Shown here one piece after another: positions 23,863 to 35,190 of a stretch of DNA of 64,000 bases (position 1 is the stretch's first letter; each line of letters begins with the position of its first letter). The position numbers and the translations under genes were made by a program. Source of the stretch: Neophaeotheca triangularis (taxonomy: Eukaryota). Location of the stretch: NCBI GenBank assembly GCA_054600435.1, contig BAAIJX010000011.1, positions 248,001 through 312,000 of the forward strand, read 5' to 3'. The notes beneath the pieces were generated by a model, which saw nothing but the letters and a program-made list of their open reading frames with translations, ran no database searches and was not told where the DNA came from.

Positions 23863-26800
23863 ATGTCGTCGCCGACTCAACGCCGCTCAGATCGCCCTTC
23901 CGCAAACAATACACCTCGTCGCGCCAGCCAGCGCAATTCTCAGGCTCCCCAATCAAGCCCAGCACAACAACAACAACAACAACAACAGCAAAACACAGAA
24001 GCGGACGGCGGCGCACAGCGCTCGTCTCCCGCACCAGCTCAAGACCAGACTACGCCTCGGGGCAATGCGAGATCTTCCCAAACCCAGGCTCCTCCGACTT
24101 CCTCGCCTCTTTTCTTCCGCTCTTCGCCCGCTCAATCAGAAAGCCAGAGTCAAAGCCAACAGCTAGGTGTACCCGTTGGTGCGAATGGTGCCGGTGCCAG
24201 CTCGCCGTTGAGACAGGAGGTCGGCGCTGGTCCTGGAGGGAGTAGCGAGGGCGGCCGGACGCCTAGAGCAAATGGCGGAATAGGAGGTGAGATAATGCTT
24301 GCCCTAAGCGCAGAAAGCAAGCGCTAATCTCATAATGCAGATTCTTCGCCGCTCCATTACGCTTCATCGTCAGACCCTGCTGGCCCAGCAGACCGCCTTC
24401 GCTCCGATGCCAGCAGATCGAGTGGCCTCTTTGTTCGGGGACCCGGCGGCAATGCTACAAGTTCGCGCAACAGGCGCCATGACATCCAATCTGATTTGCT
24501 AGATGGTGGAGGTGGAAGGCACAGACAGCTTCTGATCGACGAGAATGGCAATCCGGTGCCCGGCTCTGATGCACCAACGTATTCGAACCTCAATCCCGAC
24601 ACAGATGATGCCGAGCTCCTGGGTGGACAAGGAACTAGGAATGTTTTTGGTACAAATGTCAGCGTAAACGACTCCTTCAGTGCTGCTCGCGAGTGGCTTC
24701 GTGATTACCAGAGGAAATACCGACTTATGCAAGATGGCGAGCTTGCGGATGGAGAGCACTTGGAGGCAGGTCACCTTGGGCTTGAAAAGGAGAATGTCAC
24801 ACAGATGGAGAACATGCTGGATCTCGGAACAAAATGCTTCTATCTGGATTGCAGGAACCTCAAGGCTTACCCGCCTACGAAGAAGCTGTGGCATCAACTA
24901 CAAGCTTTCCCCGCCGAGATCATACCGCTCTTCGATGCGGCTGTCAAGGATGAGATTCTTGCGCTGGCCGATAAGAGAGCTGCAGGGCAACGTGCTAATG
25001 CGACACCAGCGCCGCAGTCAAGTGCTACCAACGGCAACAGGGCTGGCTCGATGAGTGATGCCCCTGCGCCGCCTAGCTCAGAGGCTGGTGCCAACATGGA
25101 TGCCCCCACCCCACGAGCTGCTCCAGTCCAGGCAGCAAACCAGGCGGCTCTGGACGAGATGGTCACAGATGCGGAGCAATCTACGTACCATGTCCGTCCG
25201 TTCGGACTAGACACCACCGTCAACCTTCGGGATCTGAACCCCAACGACATTGACAAGGTTGTTTGTATCAAAGGACTCGTCATTCGCACCACCCCCATTA
25301 TCCCAGACATGAAGGACGCCTTCTTCCGTTGCAGCGAGTGCCACCACACCATCAAAGTCGATCTTGATCGAGGTAAAATCACTGAGCCGACAAGGTGTCC
25401 CAGAGAAGCATGCCAAGCGAGCAATAGCATGCAAATTGTACACAACCGCTCAGGCTTTGCGGATAAGCAGGTCATTAAACTCCAGGAGACGCCGGACTCC
25501 GTGCCTGACGGGCAGACACCTCACTCGGTGTCACTTTGCGCTTACGACGAGTTAGTCGATGTTTGCAAGGCAGGTGACAGAGTAGAGATCACGGGCATCT
25601 TCAAAGCAAGCCAAGTCCGGATCAACCCACGTCAACGCACCGTTAAGAATGTTTTCAAGACTTACGTCGACTGCCTGCACATTCAGAAAGTCGACAAGCG
25701 TCGTATGGGCATTGATCCGTCCACTATCGAAGAGGAGCTTTCCGCTGAGGCTGCTGGTAACGTGGAAGAGACGCGAAAAGTCAGCGAAGAAGAGGAGGAG
25801 CGTATCCGCGCTACAGCAGCCAGGCCGGACGTCTACGATCTGCTTTCTCGCTCTCTAGCTCCAAGCATCTGGGAGATCGATGACGTGAAGAAGGGTATCC
25901 TGCTCCAACTCTTTGGTGGTACCAACAAATCGTTCGAAAAGGGTGGCAGTCCAAAATACAGAGGCGACATCAACGTCTTGCTCTGCGGTGACCCGTCGAC
26001 AGCTAAATCCAAGATGCTTGAGTACGTACACAAGATTGCTCCCCGTGGCGTCTACACTTCCGGCAAGGGTAGTAGTGCCGTCGGTCTTACAGCCTACGTT
26101 ACCCGCGATCCCGAGACTCGCAGCCTGGTCCTCGAGTCCGGTGCTCTTGTGCTCTCGGACGGTGGTGTCTGCTGTATCGATGAATTCGACAAGATGTCCG
26201 ATTCCACCCGCTCCGTGCTTCACGAAGTCATGGAGCAGCAGACCGTGTCCATTGCCAAAGCGGGTATCATCACTACGCTGAATGCACGAACCTCCATCTT
26301 GGCAAGCGCCAACCCTATTGGAAGCAAGTACAACCCGAATCTCCCAGTTCCACAGAACATCGACCTCCCCCCTACCTTGCTCTCGCGTTTCGATTTGGTC
26401 TACCTCGTCCTGGACCGCATAGACGAGAGCGCAGACCGCAAACTCGCAAGGCATTTAGTGGGCATGTACCTCGAAGACTCTCCCGAAAACGCCAATAAAG
26501 ACGAGATCCTCGTAAGTCTCCTGCATCTACCTTCCTTGCATCCTATTCAGACAGTATGCACTAACACCTCTTTTCTAGCCCATCGAATTCCTGACATCCT
26601 ACATCTCCTACGCCCGCGCAAACATCTCCCCTCAAATATCTCAATCCGCCGCCGACGCCCTCGTCAAAGCCTACGTCTCGATGCGCAAGCTGGGCGAGGA
26701 CATTCGCGCCTCCGAACGCCGCATCACAGCCACCACCAGACAACTCGAAAGCATGGTCCGTCTGTCGGAAGCCCACGCAAAAATGCGCCTAAGCGAAACC

Positions 26801-27166
26801 GTCACCGAAGACGACGTCAACGAAGCCGTACGCCTGATCCAGTCGGCTTTGAAACAAGCCGCCACGGATGCTCGCACGGGGTTGATCGATATGGGGCTCT
26901 TGACCGAAGGCACTTCCGCTGGTGAGAGGAAACGTAAGGAAGATCTGAAGTCTGGGATTTTGAATCTGGTGGATGAGATGTTGAGGGGTGGTGCGGCGAG
27001 TGCGAGGTATGGCGATGTTGTTAGGGGGCTTGGAGAGAGGAGCGGGGTTAGTGTTGAGGGACAGGAGTTTGCTGAGGCGGTCAGGGGGTTGGAGGCTGAG
27101 GGTAAGGTGCAGGTTGTGGGTGAGGGGGTGAGAAGGAGTATTAGGAGGGTCACTGGGGTGGCTTGA
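23863..27166 (+). CDS. MCM4: DNA replication licensing factor MCM4 (Cdc54), 3 exons
   Basis: Ser/Pro-rich N-tail with polyQ from (CAA)n, zinc finger CSEC...CPREAC, KLQETPD, Walker A GDPSTAKS, IDEFDKM, LSRFD, TTRQLESMVRLSEAHAKM. Introns about 24288-24340 and 26512-26578. Confidence 0.97.
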
Positions 27167-28264
27167 TGAGGATCACGAGGGCATGAGAGAAGTATGGGCA
27201 GGCGTTTCTCATGGGTTCGGGTAAGGTCCTCCCGCAGCACCACTGAATTGAGCGATTTCACGAAGTTTTTGCCAGTCCCGGCCCTTCCTAGATGAGCTCT
27301 GCTGGCAAGCAATACTCACAGTCTTTCATCAGTACACAGAGAATTGGGACGGCATGATCAAGCCGCAATTAGTCGACACTCGCTTCAGGTACTGTGTGCG
27401 GTCTTAACTGCTTGTTTGATCAAGTCTACTTCAGGGAAGAGGCGAACCGCTACCCAATCTCATATGGTGGTCTCGCGTTCGATACTCTGAACAGGTACTC
27501 TGTGGACAAGAAAACCTGCCCTACCCAGGAAGCAGGCTCTTGTAGGAATTGTTGACCTTATGAGGGCTGACCGACATGTTCTGTTCGGTTAAGCTCCCGG
27601 AGCTAAGGCACAAGTCTGGCCTGACCATGAGATAGGTGCAGACGTTTTCACTCTCCGTGGGCCACAATAGAGAGCTGGATGATGTACCTCAAAGTCGCAA
27701 GAGATAGTGAGAGCACCTTTTGTTCACTCTTGCAAATTCTTCTGGGACTTATGTCGTCCGTGGAGGCCTACTCGCCGGGTTAACTACCTCGGAAGCAAGG
27801 GCAACACATTGTATACCATATTTGTCCCAAAAGAAATCATCGTCCTATCTCCATTATCTTTGAGACTGGAGCTTTATTCCAAGCGTCCAAGAGTTCGCAA
27901 ACGATCGTCTCGTCTCTCTCGAAAGAAAGGTATATTGTGGACGAAGGGAACGTGAAACATCGGCATGATGGAAAGACAGGAGTGATGAAGTACACGAGAG
28001 GCTAGCGAATACTGAGGTTGGTAGCAACACGAGCTGGCAATCGTTTCATTCTGTCCTCCGGGCGTTCTTGCTGAGCGCGCATTCCGTTCGTCAGTGACCT
28101 CCAGCAGAAAGGCTCTTGCCCCATCCCCCATTATCAAGCTCCTCCAACATCTTCTTGGAATCTTCTGTCGTCGCCACGTTGTCGTCAGAAGCCAATTCGT
28201 AATTGCACATTCACTCGCCAGCAGTCGAGGTGGTCATGACGCTATCTTTTGCTAACGCAGTGCC

Positions 28265-31200
28265 CTACACAGCATCATCTGCGTTTTGCATACCGCGGCG
28301 CGCCATTTCCCAGCCGTTGGCGACGTTGATATTGTCACTCATGCTCGAGCCACCATCAGTGTGCGCGGTTGATGAGCGAGGCGACGTGCCTCTGGTGTCA
28401 GGAACCGAGACGTGGTTTTGCTGCGGGATTATGACAGTCGGAGAGTTAGGTCGGACGGTTGGTATTGATGTCTCTAGCTCCTCGTCGCTCTCGATGGCGC
28501 TGTCGGTAGAGGTGTCGCTCAGACTATCTTCGACCAAATCAGGGAAGCCTTTCGTGCCAATCGATGCGCTCATGCCCGTAGGTCTTAAAGGTTCCGTCTC
28601 CGTGGCATAATTAGCATTGGCAACCTCGCTGTCGACTTCTGAAACGGCGGCTTGAGGGCTCGGGCGAACAACATGCGCGCTCTTGAGCCACGACTCTCTG
28701 AGTGACTGGCCCAACGCAAAAGCGACACGCCTGTCAACACTGTTCCCAACAATGATCACTTGTTGGGCCGGAGTGCCAACGATGACTTCGTGGTTGAGGA
28801 AACCTTGAGCCCGTCTCAATTCCAGCACTGTACAGCAGCGATGCTGTTCCCAGTGGACTAGCTGGCCTCCGTGCGCACAGGCGACTCGCATAGCGGTTGT
28901 GACAGTGGGGAAAAGCCCCCCTGAATAAAGACGACTGTAGCTTTTGCTGCTTGTTGGATTTTGCTGCAATTTACTGAGAAAATTGTATCTGTTCTTGTGC
29001 CTTCCTTGCAGCCGGCCTTCGTTGTAGGCCTGGATGTAACCCATTCCACGAGGGAACGCTGGTATGGCCGTCAAGAGCGAGCGGATCTCAAGACTCATGT
29101 TCGTAGGGATGCGATGATCGGGCGCCTTTGGGACGACGCCGACCTGACCATCTGTGACATTTGGGAGGTCTTTCAGTGCTTCTTCGATCGTGATTGGCTG
29201 GTAAGGGGTATAAAAATTCTGCCTGATCCCAAAGGATAACCCATTGCTTGACTGTCCCAAGCTGTGGGCAAGCTTGTGATCCGGACGCGAATGAGTATGA
29301 GGAGGTGGCAGCAGCGGCTCGACACCCGGTGCTGTTGCCACGATGAAGATGCGGCTCCGGGATTGGCAGCTCCCGTAACTCCAACTGTCCATCAGAAATT
29401 GCTGGACTTGGTAGCCAAGACCGACCAAAGCAGCGATGATCGCGGAGAACACATTTTCGTCTTTGCCGGCACCCATGCCACCAGCGAGACGGGTCACATT
29501 CTCCAGTAAAAGATATTTTGGTGAGTACAGGTCTACGAACGCAACGACCGAGGCCACCATAGATGCGTTGCGTAGAGAGGAGTCTGACATCCTGTTGCTT
29601 TGCAATTGACTGAACCCAGGACATGGCGAGCCCGCCGATATGACCTCGATGCCAATTGCAGCTGCTTTCGGTGAGCCGCGCATCGCTAGGAGCAAGTAGT
29701 CGTTCACGGAGCCCAGAAAGAAGTTAACCTCCGAAGTATCATCCACATTAGCTCGATACGAGTGTAGAGCGTTCGTTGCCCAGTCTACGGTATGCTTGAA
29801 CTTCACCGCACCACCTTCCTCTAATCCTCGATCAAAGTTGCCACCGCCGCAGAAGATCCCTAGTCCGACCAGAGGCTTAGTTTGAGGTGGAGATGCTGGG
29901 TCTAAAGCCTGCTTGAGAAGTGGAGATGAGTCCGATACCTGATCAGGGGTGTCGACAATGTACCAGTAGTCACCAGAGCCTTGCCGATCGTAAGGACAGC
30001 AAACAGCTTCTGAAGACGGAAAAACCCTGATGTGGGAAGCCCGAATGACTGAACTCGAGTCAATGTCGACCTTGTCGTCGTCGGTGCCAAAGACAAGCTC
30101 ATTAGGGGCCGCACAGGGATCGCGTGTGCGCTTTCGGAGGAATGGCTGGACAATCACCCTTCGCTTTGGCTCGTCGTAGTCGCATATTTTAGCCGGCTCT
30201 AGATGTCCATCACGCAAATATAGTACTGCATCTCCTGGTTTGTGCCTGGAAAAGCACTCCTCGAAAGCCGTCAAGGTGTTTACGCAAGCGCAGGCAAAGT
30301 CTGAATCTTTCAAAGAGACAAAGTCGTATGTGTCATCTTCGTGAACAGTCCTAAATCTCTGGCGAACAAAAAGTACAGAGCCATTGCTGGGATCTGTCAC
30401 ACGCCATTCAACTTCCACTTTGCTGGTCACTTGCGCAGGGTCCAAGGCGTCGGAACCGCAAGAGCAGTTATCTGACAGGAACAGCTCGTTTTCGTACAAG
30501 TAGTTTGCTTTCCCGATGGTGGTATCAGACGGCTCATACATCCAAAGGACATCCAGTCTGCGGTCTTTCCCATCGTCTTGGACTGCCTGAACATAGGCAT
30601 ACCATTGTTTCGCGGAGCTCTTACGCCATCGGCCACTGTTGTCAGCAGGCAGGCAAATTACATCGCCTTGCCGTACCTGATCCGCTGGTATCGTATCCGG
30701 TCGAGCGATCACCTCCCATGATTTTCGCGCCAATTCCCTAGTAGATGTCTTGAATGGCGTGAGCCCTAGAGCTCTTTTTCGCTTTTGAACCTCTTGTAGG
30801 ACCTTGTCGCTTCGAGGTGCCGATGCTCTGAGGTGCTTTGCGAAATACATCCTTTTAAAGCATTCGAAAACATACGGTGTCACTACAGTCTTCTGCGCGA
30901 CTTCCCCATGCTCGGGTATTGCCTTCTTCGCTGCGTAGGGGTCAACTTCGCTCCAGACGGGCTGCGACATGAGGTCGCGGTCGTTCAAACTGTAGCACTC
31001 GCCAAATAAGAAGCCAACGTTTGCTGTCACCGTGGTACGGAAGTCTGTCAAGTTTGCCTTGTCCAACCAAGACTTCAAAGCAGGAGCGTTCGTATCTTCA
31101 CTCGCACTCAAAAGCCAACGGTAGAAACTCTTGCGGAAGTGGTGAATAGTGACGTCCGAGACATTCCAAAGGTATGCGATGAAGAATCTGGCGAATTGCG

Positions 31201-32089
31201 CGAGCCACTTGAAAGGCGAGTAGAATCGACGATATTCAGGTGCAGGAGACCCAAGACGATACCAAAAGCGACTGTCTTTGGTTTCATTTGATTGGAGACA
31301 TATGCTTTGAGCCAGGTCGGATGCGTCGACGTCTCCATAGCCATCAATAGACAGGACACTGAATGGTACGCCTTGCACAAACGCCTTCTTTTCGTCAAAA
31401 GACACCACTCCGTCGAATAGTAAAGTATCAATTCCGGATCGGTAGGACCGCAGTTTGTCGAGCGAGCATAGCTCGAGTGAGTGACGTGAAGGATGCTGAC
31501 CCGCGTCGCTCGTAGGACCAGTGGCGAAGGGTCTGTACACCGCAAACTGGTCGAGCTCCAGGTACGTATACTCCTCGCTCTTGGAAGCACGTGTTGCGTT
31601 CAAGATATTTCGTTCCGAAGATCTCTTTGAGGGAGGATGCCAGCCTATGTGTGCTGAACGGGCGATGTCGGGGCCCGGAACATAGACATGGCTCAGGTGT
31701 ACGGTCGAGCTCGGTCGTCCCGGAGAGTTCTCATTTTCGCTCAGTCTTGCTGCATCCTCTGGCCGTGGCCCTACGTTGGCTTTGAGCTCCTCACTCGAGT
31801 TGGGTGTACCCGCGTTGCCGTATCCATTTGACCAGGTAACCACCGATCTGTCCCTCTTCACCACGACCTGATCACCGCTAAGGGAGGGAGGAACAGGAAT
31901 ATCTACACGCTGCTCCCTCTCTAGTATCCGCTTCGATGGGAAGCGTTTCCTCTTGCCCCTCCCACTATCCATCTCATGTTCGTCCACGGCACTCGAGTGA
32001 CCCACATCTTCAATCACCTTTTGCCCGATCCATCGCTGTCCATTGCCGCTCAAAAAATCCTGGAAAGTCCGCTTTAGGGAGAAAGACAT
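28265..32089 (-). CDS. dim-2: DNA (cytosine-5)-methyltransferase DIM-2 (BAH domains plus C5-MTase), intact single ORF
   Basis: WYRLGSPAPEYRRFY, BAH NELFLSDNCSC, motif I FCGGGNFDRGLEEGG, IV GSPCPGFS, VI LLENV, VIII QSRSRIF, IX RRAQGF, X VGNSV. Start at 32089 or 32131. Confidence 0.9.
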   Translation of the reverse strand: MSFSLKRTFQDFLSGNGQRWIGQKVIEDVGHSSAVDEHEMDSGRGKRKRFPSKRILEREQRVDIPVPPSLSGDQVVVKRDRSVVTWSNGYGNAGTPNSSEELKANVGPRPEDAARLSENENSPGRPSSTVHLSHVYVPGPDIARSAHIGWHPPSKRSSERNILNATRASKSEEYTYLELDQFAVYRPFATGPTSDAGQHPSRHSLELCSLDKLRSYRSGIDTLLFDGVVSFDEKKAFVQGVPFSVLSIDGYGDVDASDLAQSICLQSNETKDSRFWYRLGSPAPEYRRFYSPFKWLAQFARFFIAYLWNVSDVTIHHFRKSFYRWLLSASEDTNAPALKSWLDKANLTDFRTTVTANVGFLFGECYSLNDRDLMSQPVWSEVDPYAAKKAIPEHGEVAQKTVVTPYVFECFKRMYFAKHLRASAPRSDKVLQEVQKRKRALGLTPFKTSTRELARKSWEVIARPDTIPADQVRQGDVICLPADNSGRWRKSSAKQWYAYVQAVQDDGKDRRLDVLWMYEPSDTTIGKANYLYENELFLSDNCSCGSDALDPAQVTSKVEVEWRVTDPSNGSVLFVRQRFRTVHEDDTYDFVSLKDSDFACACVNTLTAFEECFSRHKPGDAVLYLRDGHLEPAKICDYDEPKRRVIVQPFLRKRTRDPCAAPNELVFGTDDDKVDIDSSSVIRASHIRVFPSSEAVCCPYDRQGSGDYWYIVDTPDQVSDSSPLLKQALDPASPPQTKPLVGLGIFCGGGNFDRGLEEGGAVKFKHTVDWATNALHSYRANVDDTSEVNFFLGSVNDYLLLAMRGSPKAAAIGIEVISAGSPCPGFSQLQSNRMSDSSLRNASMVASVVAFVDLYSPKYLLLENVTRLAGGMGAGKDENVFSAIIAALVGLGYQVQQFLMDSWSYGSCQSRSRIFIVATAPGVEPLLPPPHTHSRPDHKLAHSLGQSSNGLSFGIRQNFYTPYQPITIEEALKDLPNVTDGQVGVVPKAPDHRIPTNMSLEIRSLLTAIPAFPRGMGYIQAYNEGRLQGRHKNRYNFLSKLQQNPTSSKSYSRLYSGGLFPTVTTAMRVACAHGGQLVHWEQHRCCTVLELRRAQGFLNHEVIVGTPAQQVIIVGNSVDRRVAFALGQSLRESWLKSAHVVRPSPQAAVSEVDSEVANANYATETEPLRPTGMSASIGTKGFPDLVEDSLSDTSTDSAIESDEELETSIPTVRPNSPTVIIPQQNHVSVPDTRGTSPRSSTAHTDGGSSMSDNINVANGWEMARRGMQNADDAV

Positions 32090-32326
32090 CGTTCGAATGC
32101 TGAGTATCCCGATAATTGTGCGATCGCTCATGCGGCGTGCTGCTGCTTGAGGGCGTGGTTGAAGGCGTAAGGGTGTTAGAGCCAAATCACGCCGGAAGCA
32201 AGAATAAACAGAGGACAGGAGGAGTATTCCTCCAAGTGAACTCGAGCCATTTCGCAAGGCAATGAAGTAAAGAGAAGCGAAGAATGTCGGTGCGTTGGTT
32301 AGATATGCAGGAACCTACCGCCTTGC

Positions 32327-32994
32327 CAGACTTGTCATCAATCAAATCAAGTCAAGACGGTAGGTAAATTGGTCTTGACTTGATAGGTCTATAGAGGTAG
32401 GTGAATTGATTTTGACTTGACAAGTCAAGTCAGTCAGTGAATTGATTTTAATTGTTAAGGCTTAATACCTGCTGGCATCACCGCATTAGGAAGGTGCTCT
32501 TAGGTGCGCATAGCGGCATAGTAGCTCTTAGGTACGTATAGTCGCTCGGAGGTGCGCATGGTGGCTCGGAAGTGCGTATAGTAGCTCTTAGATTCATATT
32601 AGTCGAATACTAAGGTGAATAGGTATAGTAGTAAAATGGTCCTATATAGCGCGACGCGGAGGTATATGCGGAGGTGTGTGTAAACCGCCCAAGGTTAGCC
32701 CGGCGGATCTCCGGTGAAATAGGAAACTAATAAGATAGCTACGATAAGCTCTAATAAGTAGGGTCAGAGTTTGGTTTGCAAACTAGCAACATTCACTTAT
32801 AAACATATTAGTCACATGACCCTCTATTATAACCCTATCAAGCCTTGACAAGGCTTGTTAATCAAGCCACCCCTTAATTTGATCTTGGTGGGTCTACGGT
32901 TTGATCAAATTGATCTTGATTTGATGCCAAGTTCAAGTCAAAACAGTAGGTGAATTGATTTTGACTTGATTCGGCTTGATTGATGACAAGTCTG
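32327..32994. mobile_element. Non-autonomous hAT-type DNA transposon (MITE), 668 bp
   Basis: Perfect 19-bp TIRs CAGACTTGTCATCAATCAA (32327-32345) and TTGATTGATGACAAGTCTG (32976-32994). Identical 8-bp TSD CGCCTTGC at 32319-32326 and 32995-33002. No ORF. Confidence 0.93.
32496..32603. repeat. Degenerate 20-bp tandem repeat inside the MITE
   Basis: Units start at 32496, 32524, 32544, 32564 and 32584 (consensus GCTCKKAGGTGCGCATAGTN). Confidence 0.8.
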
Positions 32995-33411
32995 CGCCTT
33001 GCTAGATGCACCTCCTACTGTCTTCAGTATTGTCGCGTGAGCCGGACATTCTTCCATCGTTTAGATAACCAAAGCCGCCTGAATCTCTCGCTGCACATCT
33101 CTATGATTGGCAAAGGCGTGAGTATTAATACCATATGGTGGTTGCGATGAAGCGGACGAGTGTTCATAACGCCAACCGACTGGCTTCAGGTCACGTGCGT
33201 TCGGAAGCAACTAAGTGCAACAGAAAAGGAGACCGACATTCTTTGATGTAGGTCAGAGGCAGTGTATAGCGCCTGATTTCATTGCTCTCGGTCCCTCTTA
33301 TTCTATCTGGATATCTTTCCATACCGAACAGGCGACATTTGAACAGCGCCTCGCTCCCTCAAAACACATCGCATTAAAGCCCGTAGTGAACTCCGCTTCC
33401 CTTCGCACAGC

Positions 33412-35190
33412 CTACCACCCGTTCGTACCCTTGCCATCGACCATCTGCTGCTTCATTGCCGCTTCCGTCTCAGCACTCATCTCGGCACTATTCTGGCCCT
33501 GATCAGGCATTCTCGCCAGCCACGCCGGCGGCTGCATGCCCGTCTGGTCCTGGATTGTCGACAGCAAAGGCGGCAAGCTCTGGAAGAGGTTGCGGATCGG
33601 CGCCGCAGAATCAGCGCCACCACCCTCTTGATTTCCAGTGTTCCAGACATTGATCTTTGGGTTAAGGCCATTGATAGCCTTTGCGTTGGCATTGGCGAGC
33701 CTTTCATAGGTGTTGTTCTGCAGCATCAGGTATTGCATCAAGCCTTGCGGACCGCCGAGGACTTCTGCCAGAGCTCCATAGGCCTTCGCCATCTCCGTGA
33801 GACCTTGGGCCTCCTTTTGCTGGGTGATGAAGTTGGCTTCGGCTTCGCGGGTGCGCATGAGGTAGTTGGCCTCGGCCTCCTTCTCTTTGGCCATGAGGTT
33901 TGCGTCGGCTTCTTTCTCGCGGCGGTAGAATTGCGCTTCGGCCTCGGCGCGTTGTTCGTATTGCTCGCCATCTGCACGCTTAGTGTGCGTGTAGAGGTCG
34001 GCATCAGCCTTTTCTTGTGCCGATTCCCTCGAGATCTTAGCTTGGGTTACTGTGCTGGCACGAAGACGTTCCAGTTCCATGAGCGCGCGGCTGGCTTCGA
34101 CTCCCTTTTGCAATTCTGCGTCCCTGGCTTCAGCGGCACGTGTGGCTTCGAGTTGCTGAATGTTGAGGTCTCGCGCGATCTCGATTTCGCGGTTCTTGAG
34201 AATCTGGTCTGCGTTGGCTCTACGTGATCATCAGCATACCATGATGGATTGGGAAAGGCGGAAGAATGGGAAGGCTTACTTCTCGACCTTGCGCTCGGTT
34301 TCTAGGACTGCTACATGAGCGTTGATCTTAGCAATGGCCTGCTTCGTCTCGCCGTCTTTCTCCGCTTCTCCGACACGTCCTTTCGCTCTGCAAGATTGTT
34401 AGCACCTCAGAACCATGTGCGACAACATCAGACATACCTTGCGCTGGCCACATCGATCTGTGCTTGGGATTGAGCGCCTTCATGTGCCTTCCTGCTCAGA
34501 CTTTCGAAGTACTTCGACTCTCCCATATCCTGGAGCTCTTTCACGTTAGCATTGTAAATGCGAAGACCCTGTCCATTGAATTAGCCCCGAACCTCTAAGA
34601 TAAAAAGAGGTTCAAATTAGCTCACAAACTGGTCGAGCTCCTTTTGCACGCATTCGATGACCTGCGCTTTGAACAATCGGCGGTTGTTGAAAAGCTCCTC
34701 CATCGTCATGTTGGAGACTATGCTACGAGTCTCGCCTTCGATGATGCCTTTGACAATGTCTTGGACATGGTTGCGGCCGGTGCCAACAACGCGAGAGTTG
34801 GAGCCATCGCTGCCGCCTGTGAGAAGAGTCGCATATTTGATCAAGCTCTCCATGGAATCGTGCGGGCCGATTGTAAAGACTGCCGGGAGCGCGAATTGCA
34901 GCTTCTCCGAGGTCATGGCCTGGAGACTAAGGCTGAAGTCACTGTCGTAGTTGTCAGATCTGGTCCAATCCAGAACGAGAGGGAATCGCGAGAGATGCTT
35001 ACAACGGCGAGATTGAGAGGTGCGTGACCTTCTGCAGCGGCAGGATGAAGCATTTCTTGCATATCTTGACGGAATCGATACCCGCGCCTGGAAATTGTTA
35101 GCGCTGTATCTGCCCAGTTTTCACATTACCTCGAGTTGACTTGCCTGTGACGGCCAGGTAGCTGTTGGGCTCGGAGACGTGATACCACAT
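33412..35190 (-). CDS. Flotillin / SPFH (band 7) domain protein, multi-exon
   Basis: MWYHVSEPNSYLAVTG|AGIDSV, QAMTSEKLQFALPAVFTIGP, VKGIIEGETRSIVSNMTMEELF, ELDQF|GLRIYNANVKELQD, EA-rich coiled coil, LMQYLML...PKINVWNTG...LPPLLSTIQDQTGM. Confidence 0.9.

Noticed and set aside
27300..28080. Possible gene remnant between the MCM4 and dim-2 3' ends
   Set aside because: Only short ORFs without recognisable homology; no repeats seen.
28265..32089. dim-2 as a RIP-inactivated pseudogene
   Set aside because: Uninterrupted ORF of more than 1270 codons with intact catalytic motifs and normal base composition.
32496..32603. Periodic 20-bp repeats as a possible CRISPR-like array
   Set aside because: Adjacent degenerate units without unique spacers, inside a eukaryotic transposon, and no cas genes.
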